The position numbers were made by a program, and so were the translations under genes. Below the pieces are notes generated by a model. It searched no databases. It was given only the letters and a program-made list of their open reading frames with translations, and had not been told where the DNA came from. Shown here piece after piece: positions 19,612 to 20,000 of a DNA stretch of 20,000 bases (positions are counted from its first letter, which is position 1; every line of letters begins with the position of its first letter). Location: assembly GCA_000934665.2 (NCBI GenBank), contig KZ538373.1:56854-76853 (forward strand). The letters are read 5' to 3'. The DNA is from Catajapyx aquilonaris (lineage: Eukaryota).

Positions 19612-19904
19612 CTGTTTGAAAATAAAGAAGGACAGTGACAAGTGGGAAATACCCCCTTCTATGGGTCATTGGCCCACCAAGAATGCAATAAATCAAACAT
19701 TAAGTTAAAAGGAAAAATCTTTCCCCAATTGCTCGTTAAAGGTTCTCTGATTAACAATAATTATCAGCAGCATTGTTATGGTAGATTTTTGCAGACATTA
19801 TGCATAGAAAATATTAACAGGTTTGACGAGGTAAAAAAACAGAGGCTGGACCAATTTAAGAGCACCGGCAAATAGTATTCAATTATCGGACAATAAAATA
19901 AAAA

Positions 19905-19990
19905 CTAGGAAAATCCTCGCTCCGCTCGCCTTTTCCTAGGGCGCAGGCCTAGAAAACCACTCGCTTCGCTCGCTGTTTTCTAGGCCTGCG
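19905..19990. repeat. Two tandem related hairpins, probably part of a non-autonomous mobile element running off the window
   Basis: CTAGGAAAA (19905-19913) / TTTTCCTAG (19931-19939) forms a 9-bp stem. CGCAGGCCTAGAAAAC (19942-19957) / GTTTTCTAGGCCTGCG (19975-19990) forms a perfect 16-bp stem. Both loops are 17 nt and contain CTCGCTYCGCTCGC. Confidence 0.7.
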
Positions 19991-20000
19991 GCCTGCTGTG

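Overview
Compact, intron-containing eukaryotic locus, most likely an arthropod (many ~55-100 nt GT-AG introns; a TTAGG-type telomere template). It contains: (1) the 5' part of importin-11 (minus strand, running off the left edge); (2) a divergently transcribed, multi-exon hAT-transposase-derived gene with three BED zinc fingers and a broken catalytic triad; (3) a complete Nup98-Nup96 precursor gene (minus, 13 coding exons, ~1825 aa, GLEBS motif and HF|S autocleavage site); (4) a ~467-nt GC-rich non-coding segment (15979-16445, plus), head-to-head with Nup98-96, that has the architecture of a telomerase RNA: CTAACCTAAC template, template-boundary helix, P2/P3 pseudoknot, P1 closure, a three-way-junction arm and a box H/ACA domain; (5) a decayed Helitron Pif1-helicase fragment, several PIF/Harbinger-type MITEs, two tRNA-derived SINE-like elements, and exons of an unidentified minus-strand gene at the right end. 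All exon boundaries and base pairings were read by eye; no searches or folding programs were run.
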